From Candidatus Bipolaricaulia bacterium (GTDB lineage Bacteria; Bipolaricaulota; Bipolaricaulia; RBG-16-55-9): 22,883 nucleotides of DNA. Position numbers and translations under genes: made by a program. The notes under the pieces were generated by a model. It searched no databases. It was not told where the DNA came from and worked only from the letters and a program-made list of their open reading frames with translations. Positions 1-8,710 of this stretch are shown in pieces (position 1 is the first letter of the stretch; every line of letters starts with the position of its first letter). The DNA is taken from the NCBI GenBank assembly GCA_042219045.1, contig JBDGQO010000040.1, positions 8,940 through 31,822 on the forward strand, written 5' to 3'.

Positions 1-75
1 GGGCCGCTAGCTCAATGGCAGAGCATCCGGCTCTTAACCGGAAGGTTGGAGGTTCGAGTCCTCCGCGGCCCACCA
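1..75 (+). tRNA. tRNA-Lys (anticodon CTT)
   Basis: Acceptor stem GGGCCGC/GCGGCCC with discriminator A and encoded CCA; D-arm GCTC..GAGC; anticodon arm TCCGG-CT-CTT-AA-CCGGA; T-loop GGTTCGAGTCC. Confidence 0.97.
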
Positions 76-283
76 CCTCGCCCTCGAATCGCCAGTCATG
101 GGACAATTCGAAATCTCGCTGTGGCATCGGCGGCTCGCCGACAGACACATGTCACGATTGAAGGTGCTCGCATGCCGTCATCGGGGCGAGCTAATGTCCA
201 GCGTGGGACAGGCATAGACCCGCGCAGATCCCCGCCTTGCCGGCCTATGATCAGGGTGAAGCTGTCCCTGAGGAGGGATACCG

Positions 284-1120
284 ATGAGAGCCACCCTGGC
301 ACGGCTGGGGCTTGTGGCCATGGTGCCGCTGTTGCTGTTGATGAGCGGTTGCGGCTGGGAGCCGGTGGTCCCGCCCGAGGACGAACCGGCGTCGCCACGG
401 ACGGAGCCTCAACAGGAGCTCCAGGCCATGATCTCCTATGACTGCAGCAACTGCGTGGAAAGCGAGAGCAGCTCGGAGCCGATGACGTTCACGTTTCGGG
501 GCCAAGTCCATCTTCCTGACGACACGGAAGAGAGCGTGGTCGTCTACAAATGGAAATTCGGCGACGGCACGTCCACAACCGGTGAGGAAGTCACCCACAC
601 CTTCGACAGCGAAGGGGAATACGACGTCAGCTTGCAAGTTGTAACCTCGAGTGGCCGCAAGGCGAGCGCCTCGACGTCGGTGTCCGCCCGCCGACCCGAG
701 CCCGAGCAGCCGAAGGTCCAGCACGACATCAAAGAGGGCAAGTTCTGCACGATCGAGCGGACGCTGCCGCGCAAGATCCGCGTCGGCGACGAGTTCCAGG
801 TGGAGGTCCGCCTCACAGCCCACAAGGACGTGCGTTTTGTCGTCTGGGAGGACACGACCTGGTTTCCGCAATTCCGCGTGAAGCAGAACCCCACGCTGGT
901 CTCGTATGAGATGATGGAGGCCGGCACTCAGCGGACGCTGATCTACGACGTCGAACTGTGGCAGACGCCGGCGAAGACGGATCTCTGGATGGAGGGATTC
1001 GTGAAGTGCCATCCCGGCGGCTGGGGCAAGTCTGAAGAGTTGGTACTTCGATCCGACCTGAACGTCGTGCTTCCCGACGGCGAATCCCAGACGCCCTCTG
1101 AAGAGGCGGCAATGCCGTAG
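284..1120 (+). CDS. PKD-domain lipoprotein with a C-terminal beta-rich (Ig-like) domain
   Basis: SD GAGGAGG upstream; signal peptide ending in lipobox-like LMSG-C; PKD motif YKWKFGDG...VTHTF...GEYDVSLQV. Confidence 0.8.
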   Translation: MRATLARLGLVAMVPLLLLMSGCGWEPVVPPEDEPASPRTEPQQELQAMISYDCSNCVESESSSEPMTFTFRGQVHLPDDTEESVVVYKWKFGDGTSTTGEEVTHTFDSEGEYDVSLQVVTSSGRKASASTSVSARRPEPEQPKVQHDIKEGKFCTIERTLPRKIRVGDEFQVEVRLTAHKDVRFVVWEDTTWFPQFRVKQNPTLVSYEMMEAGTQRTLIYDVELWQTPAKTDLWMEGFVKCHPGGWGKSEELVLRSDLNVVLPDGESQTPSEEAAMP

Positions 1121-1205
1121 GTTCCCGATCGGATAACGAACTCACGCCTGGAGAAACGTGAGGGGCGGGCCGTCGACGAACGGATCGTCGGCGGCCCGTT
1201 TCCGG

Positions 1206-1235
1206 TTGTCGATCCCGTCGCGGCCGTTCTATACT
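1206..1235 (+). promoter_or_regulatory. sigma70-like promoter for the M20 peptidase gene
   Basis: TTGTCG-N18-TATACT, about 40 nt before the GTG start. Confidence 0.55.
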
Positions 1236-1274
1236 TTCAGTCAACGCTTCGTCGTTTTCGAGAGGAGGCGCGAC

Positions 1275-2636
1275 GTGGACCTCACGCCCGTTTACGCCCA
1301 CATCGACGACCACGAACAACGCACGATTCGACGCCTGCAAATGCTCTGCGGCCAGCCGAGCGTGTCGGCACAGAACGACGGCATGGCCGAGTGCGCAGAG
1401 CTGACCCGCGACATGCTGAGCGAAAGCGGTCTGGAAGCCGAGATCGTTCCCCTCGACGATGGTCCACCTGTCGTCTACGCCGAACGGCACGTCCCGAACG
1501 CCGCGAAGACGATCGTGATCTACGACCATTACGACGTCCAACCGGCCGAGCCGCTTGAGCTGTGGGACAGCGATCCCTGGGCTGGCGAGGTTCGCGACGG
1601 GCGGATCTACGCTCGAGGCGCGGCCGACAACAAGGGCAACATCATCTCGCGCCTCGCGGCCATCGAAGCGTTCCTGGAGATCCACGGCGAGCTGCCGTGC
1701 AATGTCAAGTTCGTCGTCGAGGGCGAAGAGGAGACCGGGAGCCCGCACTTCGGCTCGTTCATCCACAAACACCAGGATCGGCTCACGGGCGACGCGGCGA
1801 TCTGGGAGTTCGGCGGGCTCGACGACAACGACGTTCCCGGCGTAACGCTTGGGCTGAAGGGCATGCTCTACGTTGAGCTTTTCATCCAGACAATCGAGCG
1901 CGACGCTCACTCCGCACGCGCGGCGATTGCCCCGAATCCCGCTTGGAAACTGTTGAAGGCGATCGACACGATCGGCGACGGCCAAGGGCATATCGCGGTC
2001 GACGGCTGGTACGACAACGTTCGGGACTTCACTGACGACGAGCTGGAAGCTTTGGAAGCGGAACCGCTGGAGGAAGATCGGCTCCAGCGCGAACTCGGTC
2101 TGGATGGATTCTTGAACGGCATGTCAGGGTTGGACTTGAAGAGAGCGCTCACGGGGGCACCCACGGCCAACGTCGCCGGCTTCTATTCGGGATACATCGG
2201 CGAGGGCCACAAGACAGTTCTTCCCTCGTACGCCATGGCCAAGATGGACTTCCGACTCGTGCCCGATCAAGACCCCGATCGACTGGCGAACCTGCTCCGG
2301 CGCCATTTGGCGGAGCACGGATTCGACGACATCGAGCTCACGATCCAGTCGGAGAACCCGGCGGCGCGGACGTCGTTGGACGCGGACATCGCTCAGGTCG
2401 CCCGAGAGACGGCCGAAGAGGTCTGGGAGGAGACACCCAACGTGCACGTGGGCTCCGCCGGGTCTGGGCCCATGTATCTGTTCACCAACGTGCTGGGTCT
2501 GCCGACGGTTGCGATCGGCTGCAACCATCCCGAGACCAACACTCACGCCCCGAACGAGAACCAGCGCGTCGACGCACTGGTTGGCGGCGCCAAGTGGATC
2601 GCCGCGGTCCTCGGGCGCTTTGCCTCAAAGGCCTGA
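1275..2636 (+). CDS. M20/M25/M40 family metallopeptidase (dipeptidase/ArgE-DapE-like)
   Basis: Motifs HYDVQP, ARGAADNKG, EGEEETGS and C-terminal HAPNE. Start moved from the ORF-track 1158 to in-frame GTG 1275, which follows GGAGG. Confidence 0.92.
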   Translation: MDLTPVYAHIDDHEQRTIRRLQMLCGQPSVSAQNDGMAECAELTRDMLSESGLEAEIVPLDDGPPVVYAERHVPNAAKTIVIYDHYDVQPAEPLELWDSDPWAGEVRDGRIYARGAADNKGNIISRLAAIEAFLEIHGELPCNVKFVVEGEEETGSPHFGSFIHKHQDRLTGDAAIWEFGGLDDNDVPGVTLGLKGMLYVELFIQTIERDAHSARAAIAPNPAWKLLKAIDTIGDGQGHIAVDGWYDNVRDFTDDELEALEAEPLEEDRLQRELGLDGFLNGMSGLDLKRALTGAPTANVAGFYSGYIGEGHKTVLPSYAMAKMDFRLVPDQDPDRLANLLRRHLAEHGFDDIELTIQSENPAARTSLDADIAQVARETAEEVWEETPNVHVGSAGSGPMYLFTNVLGLPTVAIGCNHPETNTHAPNENQRVDALVGGAKWIAAVLGRFASKA

Positions 2637-2723
2637 CGGGATAAGGATTGAGCGAACGTCCAAGCGCGGAAGACGAAAGCGGGAGCCAATGCTCGACCCC
2701 CGCTTCCGCGCCACGCTAAATGT

Positions 2724-2749
2724 CTAGCAAGATACGTTGATGCTAGGAT
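2724..2749 (+). promoter_or_regulatory. Extended -10 promoter overlapped by an inverted repeat
   Basis: CTAGCA-N11-TGCTAG (2724-2746); the right arm is part of TG-C-TAGGAT (2741-2749). Confidence 0.4.
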
Positions 2750-2917
2750 CCAGCTGGGGTGACGGGGAGGACGCAAGGACCGTTTGTATGCCCATTTCGC
2801 GGCATCGCGACCCCTCGGGCGTCAACGGCGCAGGAGACAGGCGTCCGATCGGATGTGGACACGGTCGAAAGCCCCCGACAATGAGCGGACAAGCCGCACG
2901 AAGGAGGCCCTAAGCGC

Positions 2918-3259
2918 ATGACCTGGATGAGGGCGATGCTCCAACAGACTGCAGCCCAACAGAGCCCGGTTCCGCCGGATGGCCAATTCCGAGAGTTCCT
3001 GGATCAAGTCTTCACGTTCCTCTACACCATCGCCCACTGGGCGGGCCAGTTGGTGGTCGATCTGGTGGAGACGATCCTCGGCGACGCGATGCCGGCAGGC
3101 CTCTTCGACGGGCTCATTGACCCGCTGGGCTTTCTTATCATCTTGACGATCCTGTTGGCGGCGGCCGAGGTGGCCAAACGGATCGTCTGGCTCGTGGTTG
3201 TGGCCGGCTGGCTCCTGATCGCGATTCGCGTCGCGATGGCGCTACTCGGCGACGCCTAG
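2918..3259 (+). CDS. Small hypothetical membrane protein
   Basis: SD AAGGAGG at 2901-2907; two hydrophobic C-terminal segments (LGFLIILTILLAAA, IVWLVVVAGWLLIAI). Confidence 0.75.
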   Translation: MTWMRAMLQQTAAQQSPVPPDGQFREFLDQVFTFLYTIAHWAGQLVVDLVETILGDAMPAGLFDGLIDPLGFLIILTILLAAAEVAKRIVWLVVVAGWLLIAIRVAMALLGDA

Positions 3260-3996
3260 AGCACGATTCGCGCCAGGAAGAACAGCCCCACGCCGACCAA
3301 AGCCACGACGGCCAGTTCCGGGATGCCGAGGGCCAACCCGGAGGCTGCGGATTCGGACGAGCCCGATTCCCCTCGCTCGGACGTCGTCTTGTCGCCGTCC
3401 TCGGAGCCGCCGGATGGGGGCGATTTCACCGATTCAGCTTGGCGGATTTCGCCGCACGCGACCCGATCGCCGCTGGCTCCCGAGGGATTGGTCTGCTGGT
3501 CGTCCTTACCCGCATGGATGACGATCGCGCTGCCGTCCTCGTCGAACAACGACGCGGGCCCTTCGGTGAGTGAGATCCGGTCGGTTTCGTACTCCAGCCA
3601 CGTGCGCCCGTCTCCTGGCGCGTTCAAGTTGGGCAAGTCGCCGGCATGGGGGCCATTGGGGTTGTCCAAGCCGTGCTCAGCGCCGGTGGGATTGAAGTGC
3701 CCACCGGCCGAGGTGAAGTCGGGCGGTTCGCAGGTGCCGGTCTCATGGATATGCACGCCGTGCGGTCCGCTCGACAGTCCCTCCACAGGGCCCGTGATGC
3801 GGACGGTGCTCTCCGAGACCTGCTCGAAGAACGCCAGGCCGACGAGCTCGTTGTCCGAGTTGTAAAGCTCGGCGACGGCGCGCTCGCCCACGGCGCCGAC
3901 CGTCGGCGCCAGCATCGCCGTCAACGCCAGCGCCACCATCGCGCTGAGCAAGACGCACCTCGCCGTCGACTGCCAACTGTCGACCATTCGGGTCAT
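3256..3996 (-). CDS. sodC: Cu/Zn superoxide dismutase family protein, exported, with C-terminal membrane anchor
   Basis: SD AAGGAGG; signal peptide; HGVHIHE, GGHFNP, HAGDL, VIH and GDRVACG motifs; S/G/E-rich linker then a hydrophobic tail. Confidence 0.9.
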   Translation of the reverse strand: MTRMVDSWQSTARCVLLSAMVALALTAMLAPTVGAVGERAVAELYNSDNELVGLAFFEQVSESTVRITGPVEGLSSGPHGVHIHETGTCEPPDFTSAGGHFNPTGAEHGLDNPNGPHAGDLPNLNAPGDGRTWLEYETDRISLTEGPASLFDEDGSAIVIHAGKDDQQTNPSGASGDRVACGEIRQAESVKSPPSGGSEDGDKTTSERGESGSSESAASGLALGIPELAVVALVGVGLFFLARIVL

Positions 3997-4024
3997 TGTG
4001 CCTCCTTGGCTCTCTCGGGGGTCG

Positions 4025-4843
4025 CTACCTGTCGGTGATCGTCTCGGGCATCGGCGGCATGGCCCGCTTGTGCGCGCTGATGCGAATCATGTCGGCAGCG
4101 CGCGCGACCTTCGTCGGCTCAGATCCGAGCGTTTCGGCCGTCTCCTCGACGCTCAGTCCCTGATCCCGCAGGCAGATCAGGATTCGATCCAACTCATCAT
4201 AGGCCATGCCCAGCTCGCCCTCGTCCGTCTGGCCTTGCCAGAGACCGGCCGAAGGGGCTTTATCCACAATGGCATCGGGCAACTGGAGATGGCGGGCCAA
4301 CTGGCGCACCTGGGCTTTATAGAGTTGACCGAGCGGCAGCAGGTCCACGCCGGCGTCGCCGTACTTGGTGTAGTAGCCGATGAGGATTTCGCTCCGATTG
4401 CCCGTGCCCAACACGAGTCCGTTTTCCTCATCGGCAACCAGATAGTTGACGATCATGCGCAGGCGGGCCTTCGCGTTGCCCCAAGCGTTTGGATTCCCTT
4501 CAATGCCAGCATTATTGGCGCTCGACGCCAAGCCCTCCAAGGGGGGACCGATGGAGATCTCGCGGCAGCGCACGTTCAGGTGCTCAGCCAAGCGGTGGGC
4601 ATCCGCCACGTCGTCGGACGGGGTGATCCGTCCATCGGGAAGCGTATGCGTCACAATGCGATCCGGCCCGAGCGCTCGCACGGCGACGGCAGCCGTCAGG
4701 GCGGAATCGATGCCGCCCGACAGGGCCACGACGGCCTGCTCGCGACCGGCGTTGTCGATCGACGATCGGATGAATTGGGCGATTGCATCAATAGCCGTGG
4801 TTGGATCGGTCAGGCTCAGATCGACGGTGGTATCAAGTTTCAT
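4025..4843 (-). CDS. nadE: NH3-dependent NAD+ synthetase
   Basis: PP-loop LSGGIDSA, NAKARLRM, GTGNRSE, GYYTKYGD, KAPSAGLW.GQTDE; no glutaminase domain. Confidence 0.95.
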   Translation of the reverse strand: MKLDTTVDLSLTDPTTAIDAIAQFIRSSIDNAGREQAVVALSGGIDSALTAAVAVRALGPDRIVTHTLPDGRITPSDDVADAHRLAEHLNVRCREISIGPPLEGLASSANNAGIEGNPNAWGNAKARLRMIVNYLVADEENGLVLGTGNRSEILIGYYTKYGDAGVDLLPLGQLYKAQVRQLARHLQLPDAIVDKAPSAGLWQGQTDEGELGMAYDELDRILICLRDQGLSVEETAETLGSEPTKVARAADMIRISAHKRAMPPMPETITDR

Positions 4844-4852
4844 GGTGGATCG

Positions 4853-4878
4853 ATTTTAGCGGTCTGCTCCCTTATACT
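4853..4878. promoter_or_regulatory. Back-to-back -10 elements for divergent, probably leaderless nadE and lrp
   Basis: Minus-strand TAAAAT (4853-4858) 9 nt before the nadE ATG; plus-strand TATACT (4873-4878) 7 nt before the lrp ATG; no SD for either gene. Confidence 0.6.
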
Positions 4879-4885
4879 CCAGACG

Positions 4886-5347
4886 ATGTATCGCGATTTG
4901 GACGAGCGCATTATCGAGAACCTCCGAGAGGACGGACGCATGAGCCTTCGGGAGCTGTCGCGGCGATTGGACGTATCGCCGACGACGGTCAGCCAGCACC
5001 TCGACGCGCTACGGGAGAACGGCATCGTCCGGGGATTCAAGCCGGTCCTGGATTATGCCAAGCTCGGCTACGGCATCACCGCCGTCATTCAGATCAAGGC
5101 GGAAGGGAATCTCCTGAATGAGATCGTGTCATCGCTGCAGGCTGACGACCGCTTGACCCACGTGTATGAGATCACGGGCGAGTTCGATCTGTTGGTCATC
5201 GGGAAGTTCCCGGACCAATTGACGATGAACGAAGAGATCAAGCGGTTGTTGAACCATCCGGGCGTGGAAGGAACGAACACGTCGATCACGCTCTCGACGG
5301 TCAAGGAGGACGACGACGTCCGACTCCACGACGCTTCCGACGGATGA
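4886..5347 (+). CDS. Lrp/AsnC family transcriptional regulator
   Basis: HTH LREDGRMSLRELSRRLDVSPTTV; LDYAKLGY; RAM-domain YEITGEFDL. True start is ATG 4886 within ORF-track 3998..5347. Confidence 0.93.
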   Translation: MYRDLDERIIENLREDGRMSLRELSRRLDVSPTTVSQHLDALRENGIVRGFKPVLDYAKLGYGITAVIQIKAEGNLLNEIVSSLQADDRLTHVYEITGEFDLLVIGKFPDQLTMNEEIKRLLNHPGVEGTNTSITLSTVKEDDDVRLHDASDG

Positions 5348-5358
5348 CCTTCGGGCTA

Positions 5359-5388
5359 TTGACAGGTGACGGCAGCGTGGCTCATAAT
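5359..5388 (+). promoter_or_regulatory. sigma70-like promoter for the Crp/Fnr gene
   Basis: TTGACA-N18-CATAAT. Confidence 0.7.
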
Positions 5389-5446
5389 AGCAGCGCACAC
5401 GAAGCATCCGAAAGACAGTCCATCTTCGAGGGTGGTGGTGAGAGGG

Positions 5447-6121
5447 ATGACTGAACTCCGAGAGTTTAAGATTTTCTCGGATATGGGGCCGAAAGACCTG
5501 AGCGGTCTCGAGGCCCTCGTCCGCCGCATCAAGTACGGGTCGGGGGAGATCGTCTTCCAAGAGGGGGCGCCCGCCTTCGGCTTCTACCTCGTGTTCAAAG
5601 GACGGATCAAGCTCGTCAAGCGGACCCTGGGCGGCAAGAAACAGATCCTGAAGCTCGTGGGGCCCGGCGAAACGATCGGCGAGACGACGCTGTTCGATAA
5701 GGGCGTCCACATCGCGTACGCCAAGACGCTCACCCAGGCCGAGGTCGGGTTCGTGGAACGCGGCGACTTCTTCGGCTTCATTGAGCGCCATCCGCCCGTT
5801 ACCTTCCGGATGTTTGAGAAACTCTCCGAAGAGCTGAAAGGGTTCCAGTGCAAGTTGGCCGAGCGCTCCTACAACGGCAGCAAGGAACGCCTGGCCCGCA
5901 TCATCCTGAAGTTGGGCGAGAGCGAGATCGAGCTTTCGCGCACCGAGCTGGCCGAGATGGCCGGGGTTTCGTCCAAGACCGCCATCCGGACCCTGGGGGA
6001 GCTGGAAGACCGCAGCGTCATTGCCGTCAAGGACCGGGCGATCACCGTGCTGGACGGGGAAAGCTTGCAGCGCATGGCCGAACCGTTCCCCTTCAGCCTC
6101 AACGACAACCTGATCATCTGA
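5447..6121 (+). CDS. Crp/Fnr family transcriptional regulator
   Basis: cNMP-binding fold (GEIVFQEG, G.IKL, GPGETIGE) and C-terminal HTH (ERLA...LSRTELAEMAG); ATG 5447 follows GAGAGGG. Confidence 0.9.
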   Translation: MTELREFKIFSDMGPKDLSGLEALVRRIKYGSGEIVFQEGAPAFGFYLVFKGRIKLVKRTLGGKKQILKLVGPGETIGETTLFDKGVHIAYAKTLTQAEVGFVERGDFFGFIERHPPVTFRMFEKLSEELKGFQCKLAERSYNGSKERLARIILKLGESEIELSRTELAEMAGVSSKTAIRTLGELEDRSVIAVKDRAITVLDGESLQRMAEPFPFSLNDNLII

Positions 6122-6218
6122 GCCGCGCGCATGCCCGTGCCCGTCCGTGGGGCGTTGAGGCGTTCGGGGCCGGACAGGTGTCCTTCTCCGGATGGACGCT
6201 CGGGCCTAGACTAGCACC

Positions 6219-8081
6219 GTGAGCAGCAGGGCAAGCCACGACGTCGCAACCGGGCAACGGGTGAAAGCGCCGGAGGGCTTGGCCGCTGAGCGGTCCGCGG
6301 ATGCGGAAAGCATCGTCCGATTCAAGAACGCGGGGAAACTCCTCGCGACGCTGGCCCTCTTCGGCCTCGCACTGGGCGCTATTGCCGGCTTCAACGCCCG
6401 AGCCACGCCGATCGTGTTTGCGCTTTTGGCCATGAGCATGCTCACAAGTGCCATGCTCTGGGAAGTGCTGGGCGGCGTGATCGTGGGAGCGGCCGCTGCC
6501 GCCCTGGCCGTCCCGTTTTTGCCGGCTGAGGGGAGTTCGCTCATGAGCGTGGGGGCCTTCGCGTTCGCGTCAAGTCTGGCGGGCGGCGGCATCGGCTACG
6601 CCAACCGTCGGGAGCGACGGAAGCGCCCGGAACCCGAACAGCTCCGAATGGTGTGCGAAGACGTGTTCAAGCGATCGCTCAACCCGATGTTGATGATGGA
6701 TCCCTCCGGGCGCGTCTCGGAACGCAACGATCGGGCGATCGAGCTGTTGGGATCGGTCAAGCACCTCTCGGAGTTCATCCACTTGGACGACCTCGACGAC
6801 GCTCGCGCTGACCTGGAGCGTGCGGTCAACATGGGGGAATCCGACGGACTGAAGCTGCGAGCCGTCTCGTGGGACAAGAAGCCACTCCCCTCCGAAATTC
6901 GCATGCGCCGGATCGGGACGGATCGCATTTGGGTTGAACTGGCCGATCGCTCCGAGGAGTCCGAACTGGAGCGCAAGCTTTGGGAAACGGAAGCTCGCTA
7001 TCGGTACCTGATTGAGGACGCCATCGACACACTCGACTCGGGCATCGTGCTGCTCGATCGCGATCGCCAAATCGTCTGGGCCAATCGAACTCTGGGGTAT
7101 CTCTTCAACGTCGATCGCGACGAGCTGATCGGCGCGGACCTGAAGCGCATGCTACAGACCGTCGGCGATCGCGTTACCGATGAGAGCGTGCCGGGCCATA
7201 TCCTGAGCTCGGACAGCGATGGCTTCGTCTTCACGCTCAACGACGAGTTGGGCGAACGGATTCTGGAGTACCGATCGATCCCCGTGGAGACCGAACGCTA
7301 CCAGGGCGGACGGATCGACCACTTCATCGATTTGACCGAAATCAAGAAGCTGGAGCGTGAGCTCGTGGAGAAGACCGAACGGCTCGAGGCGAGCAACAAG
7401 AAGCTCGAAGAGTTCTCCCACGTGGTCTCGCACGACTTGAAACAGCCGCTGCGGACCATCCAAGCATTCAGCCAGTTCTTGGAGGAGGACTACCGAGAAG
7501 CACTCGACGAGGAGGGCGCCGAGTACCTCGATCGGTTGAAGCGGTCCTCGGAGCGCATGAAGAGCCTCATCGACGACCTCTTGAAGCTTTCCAGCATCGA
7601 GGGCGAGCACATGGAGCCCATCGACGTCGGTGACCTCATGATCGAAGTCCGTGAGGACCTGGAAGCCTTGCTCGCCGACACGGAGCTCGTGCTGCCCCAG
7701 CCGCCGCCCCCCGTGCTGGCCAACCGGACGCGCTTAAGCGAGCTCTTCGGCAACCTGATCTCGAACGCGATCCGATACAACGACAAGGACGACATGCGCA
7801 TCGAGATCGATTGGGAGGATCGCGGCAACGAGGTCGTGTTCGCCGTGAGCGACAACGGCATGGGCATCGAGGAGCGCTACCGCGAGCGCATCTTTGAGCT
7901 CTTTGAGCGCCTGAGCCCGGGCGACCACCCGGAGAGCACGGGAGCCGGGTTGGCGATCTGCAAGCGGATCGTCGAGGAGTTCGGCGGTCGCATCTGGCTG
8001 GAGTCAGAGCTCGGTGAGGGCAGTACCTTCTATTTCAGCGTCCCTAAACCCACCTCGGCCGCGACGCCGATGCGGAACTGA
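6219..8081 (+). CDS. Membrane-bound PAS-domain sensor histidine kinase
   Basis: N-terminal hydrophobic helices, two PAS-like segments, H-box VSHDLKQPLR, N-box NLISNAIRY, DNGMGI, FELFERL, GAGLAICK. Confidence 0.93.
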   Translation: MSSRASHDVATGQRVKAPEGLAAERSADAESIVRFKNAGKLLATLALFGLALGAIAGFNARATPIVFALLAMSMLTSAMLWEVLGGVIVGAAAAALAVPFLPAEGSSLMSVGAFAFASSLAGGGIGYANRRERRKRPEPEQLRMVCEDVFKRSLNPMLMMDPSGRVSERNDRAIELLGSVKHLSEFIHLDDLDDARADLERAVNMGESDGLKLRAVSWDKKPLPSEIRMRRIGTDRIWVELADRSEESELERKLWETEARYRYLIEDAIDTLDSGIVLLDRDRQIVWANRTLGYLFNVDRDELIGADLKRMLQTVGDRVTDESVPGHILSSDSDGFVFTLNDELGERILEYRSIPVETERYQGGRIDHFIDLTEIKKLERELVEKTERLEASNKKLEEFSHVVSHDLKQPLRTIQAFSQFLEEDYREALDEEGAEYLDRLKRSSERMKSLIDDLLKLSSIEGEHMEPIDVGDLMIEVREDLEALLADTELVLPQPPPPVLANRTRLSELFGNLISNAIRYNDKDDMRIEIDWEDRGNEVVFAVSDNGMGIEERYRERIFELFERLSPGDHPESTGAGLAICKRIVEEFGGRIWLESELGEGSTFYFSVPKPTSAATPMRN

Positions 8082-8097
8082 GGAAGGAGAATTCGAC

Positions 8098-8553
8098 ATG
8101 GCATCCAAAAAGCTGCGCATCCTGCTGGTTGAGGACAACCCCGACGATGTCCTCATCGCGGAGCGCTCCCTCAAAAAGGGCAACATGGCCGAAAAGAGCG
8201 AGCTGTCGGTCGTCAACGACGGCCAAGCGGCGCTCGACTTTCTGCACCGTCGAGGCGACTACGAGGACGCCCAACGGCCCGATCTCATTCTGCTGGACCT
8301 GAACCTGCCCAAGATCGACGGCCACGAAGTCCTCGAAGAGATCAAACAGGACGACGGGCTCCGCCGCATTCCCGTCATCGTGTTGACCATCAGCGAGCGG
8401 GAGGAGGACATGGTCAAGGCATACAATTCGGGGGCTTCCGGCTACATCACCAAGCCGCCCAGCTCCGCCGAGTTCGCTAAGGTCATCGAGACCGTTCTCG
8501 ACTACTGGCGCATCTCGGAGCTGCCGCCGCAGACGGGCAACGAGTCCGCCTGA
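8098..8553 (+). CDS. Single-domain response regulator (Rcp1-like receiver)
   Basis: SD AAGGAG; LLVEDNPDD, ILLDLNLPKIDG, VLT.S, YITKP; no output domain. Confidence 0.93.
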   Translation: MASKKLRILLVEDNPDDVLIAERSLKKGNMAEKSELSVVNDGQAALDFLHRRGDYEDAQRPDLILLDLNLPKIDGHEVLEEIKQDDGLRRIPVIVLTISEREEDMVKAYNSGASGYITKPPSSAEFAKVIETVLDYWRISELPPQTGNESA

Positions 8554-8673
8554 CATGGATTATTGCCCGCGCTGCTGTGGCGGCGTAGGGCATCGGTCGT
8601 GACCTTGCATTGCGGATGCGCTGCAGCGGTCGCACAGATGGCCCATTTTCACCAGATTTCCACCAGGCGGTCA

Positions 8674-8702
8674 TAGACTTTCCACCCCCGCTGTCTTACT
8701 CT
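8674..8702 (+). promoter_or_regulatory. sigma70-like promoter with no downstream protein gene
   Basis: TAGACT-N17-TACTCT; predicted start near 8709-8711. Confidence 0.5.
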
Positions 8703-8710
8703 CATCATCA

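Noticed and set aside
1..283. tRNA as integration site of a genomic island
   Set aside because: No integrase, no repeat of the tRNA 3' end noticed, and downstream genes look like ordinary chromosomal genes.
4260..4268. Perfect DnaA box TTATCCACA
   Set aside because: Single copy inside the nadE coding sequence, with no cluster or AT-rich unwinding element.
3998..4885. 449-aa ORF as a long Lrp fusion
   Set aside because: The N-terminal part is the antisense shadow of nadE; Lrp similarity begins at ATG 4886.
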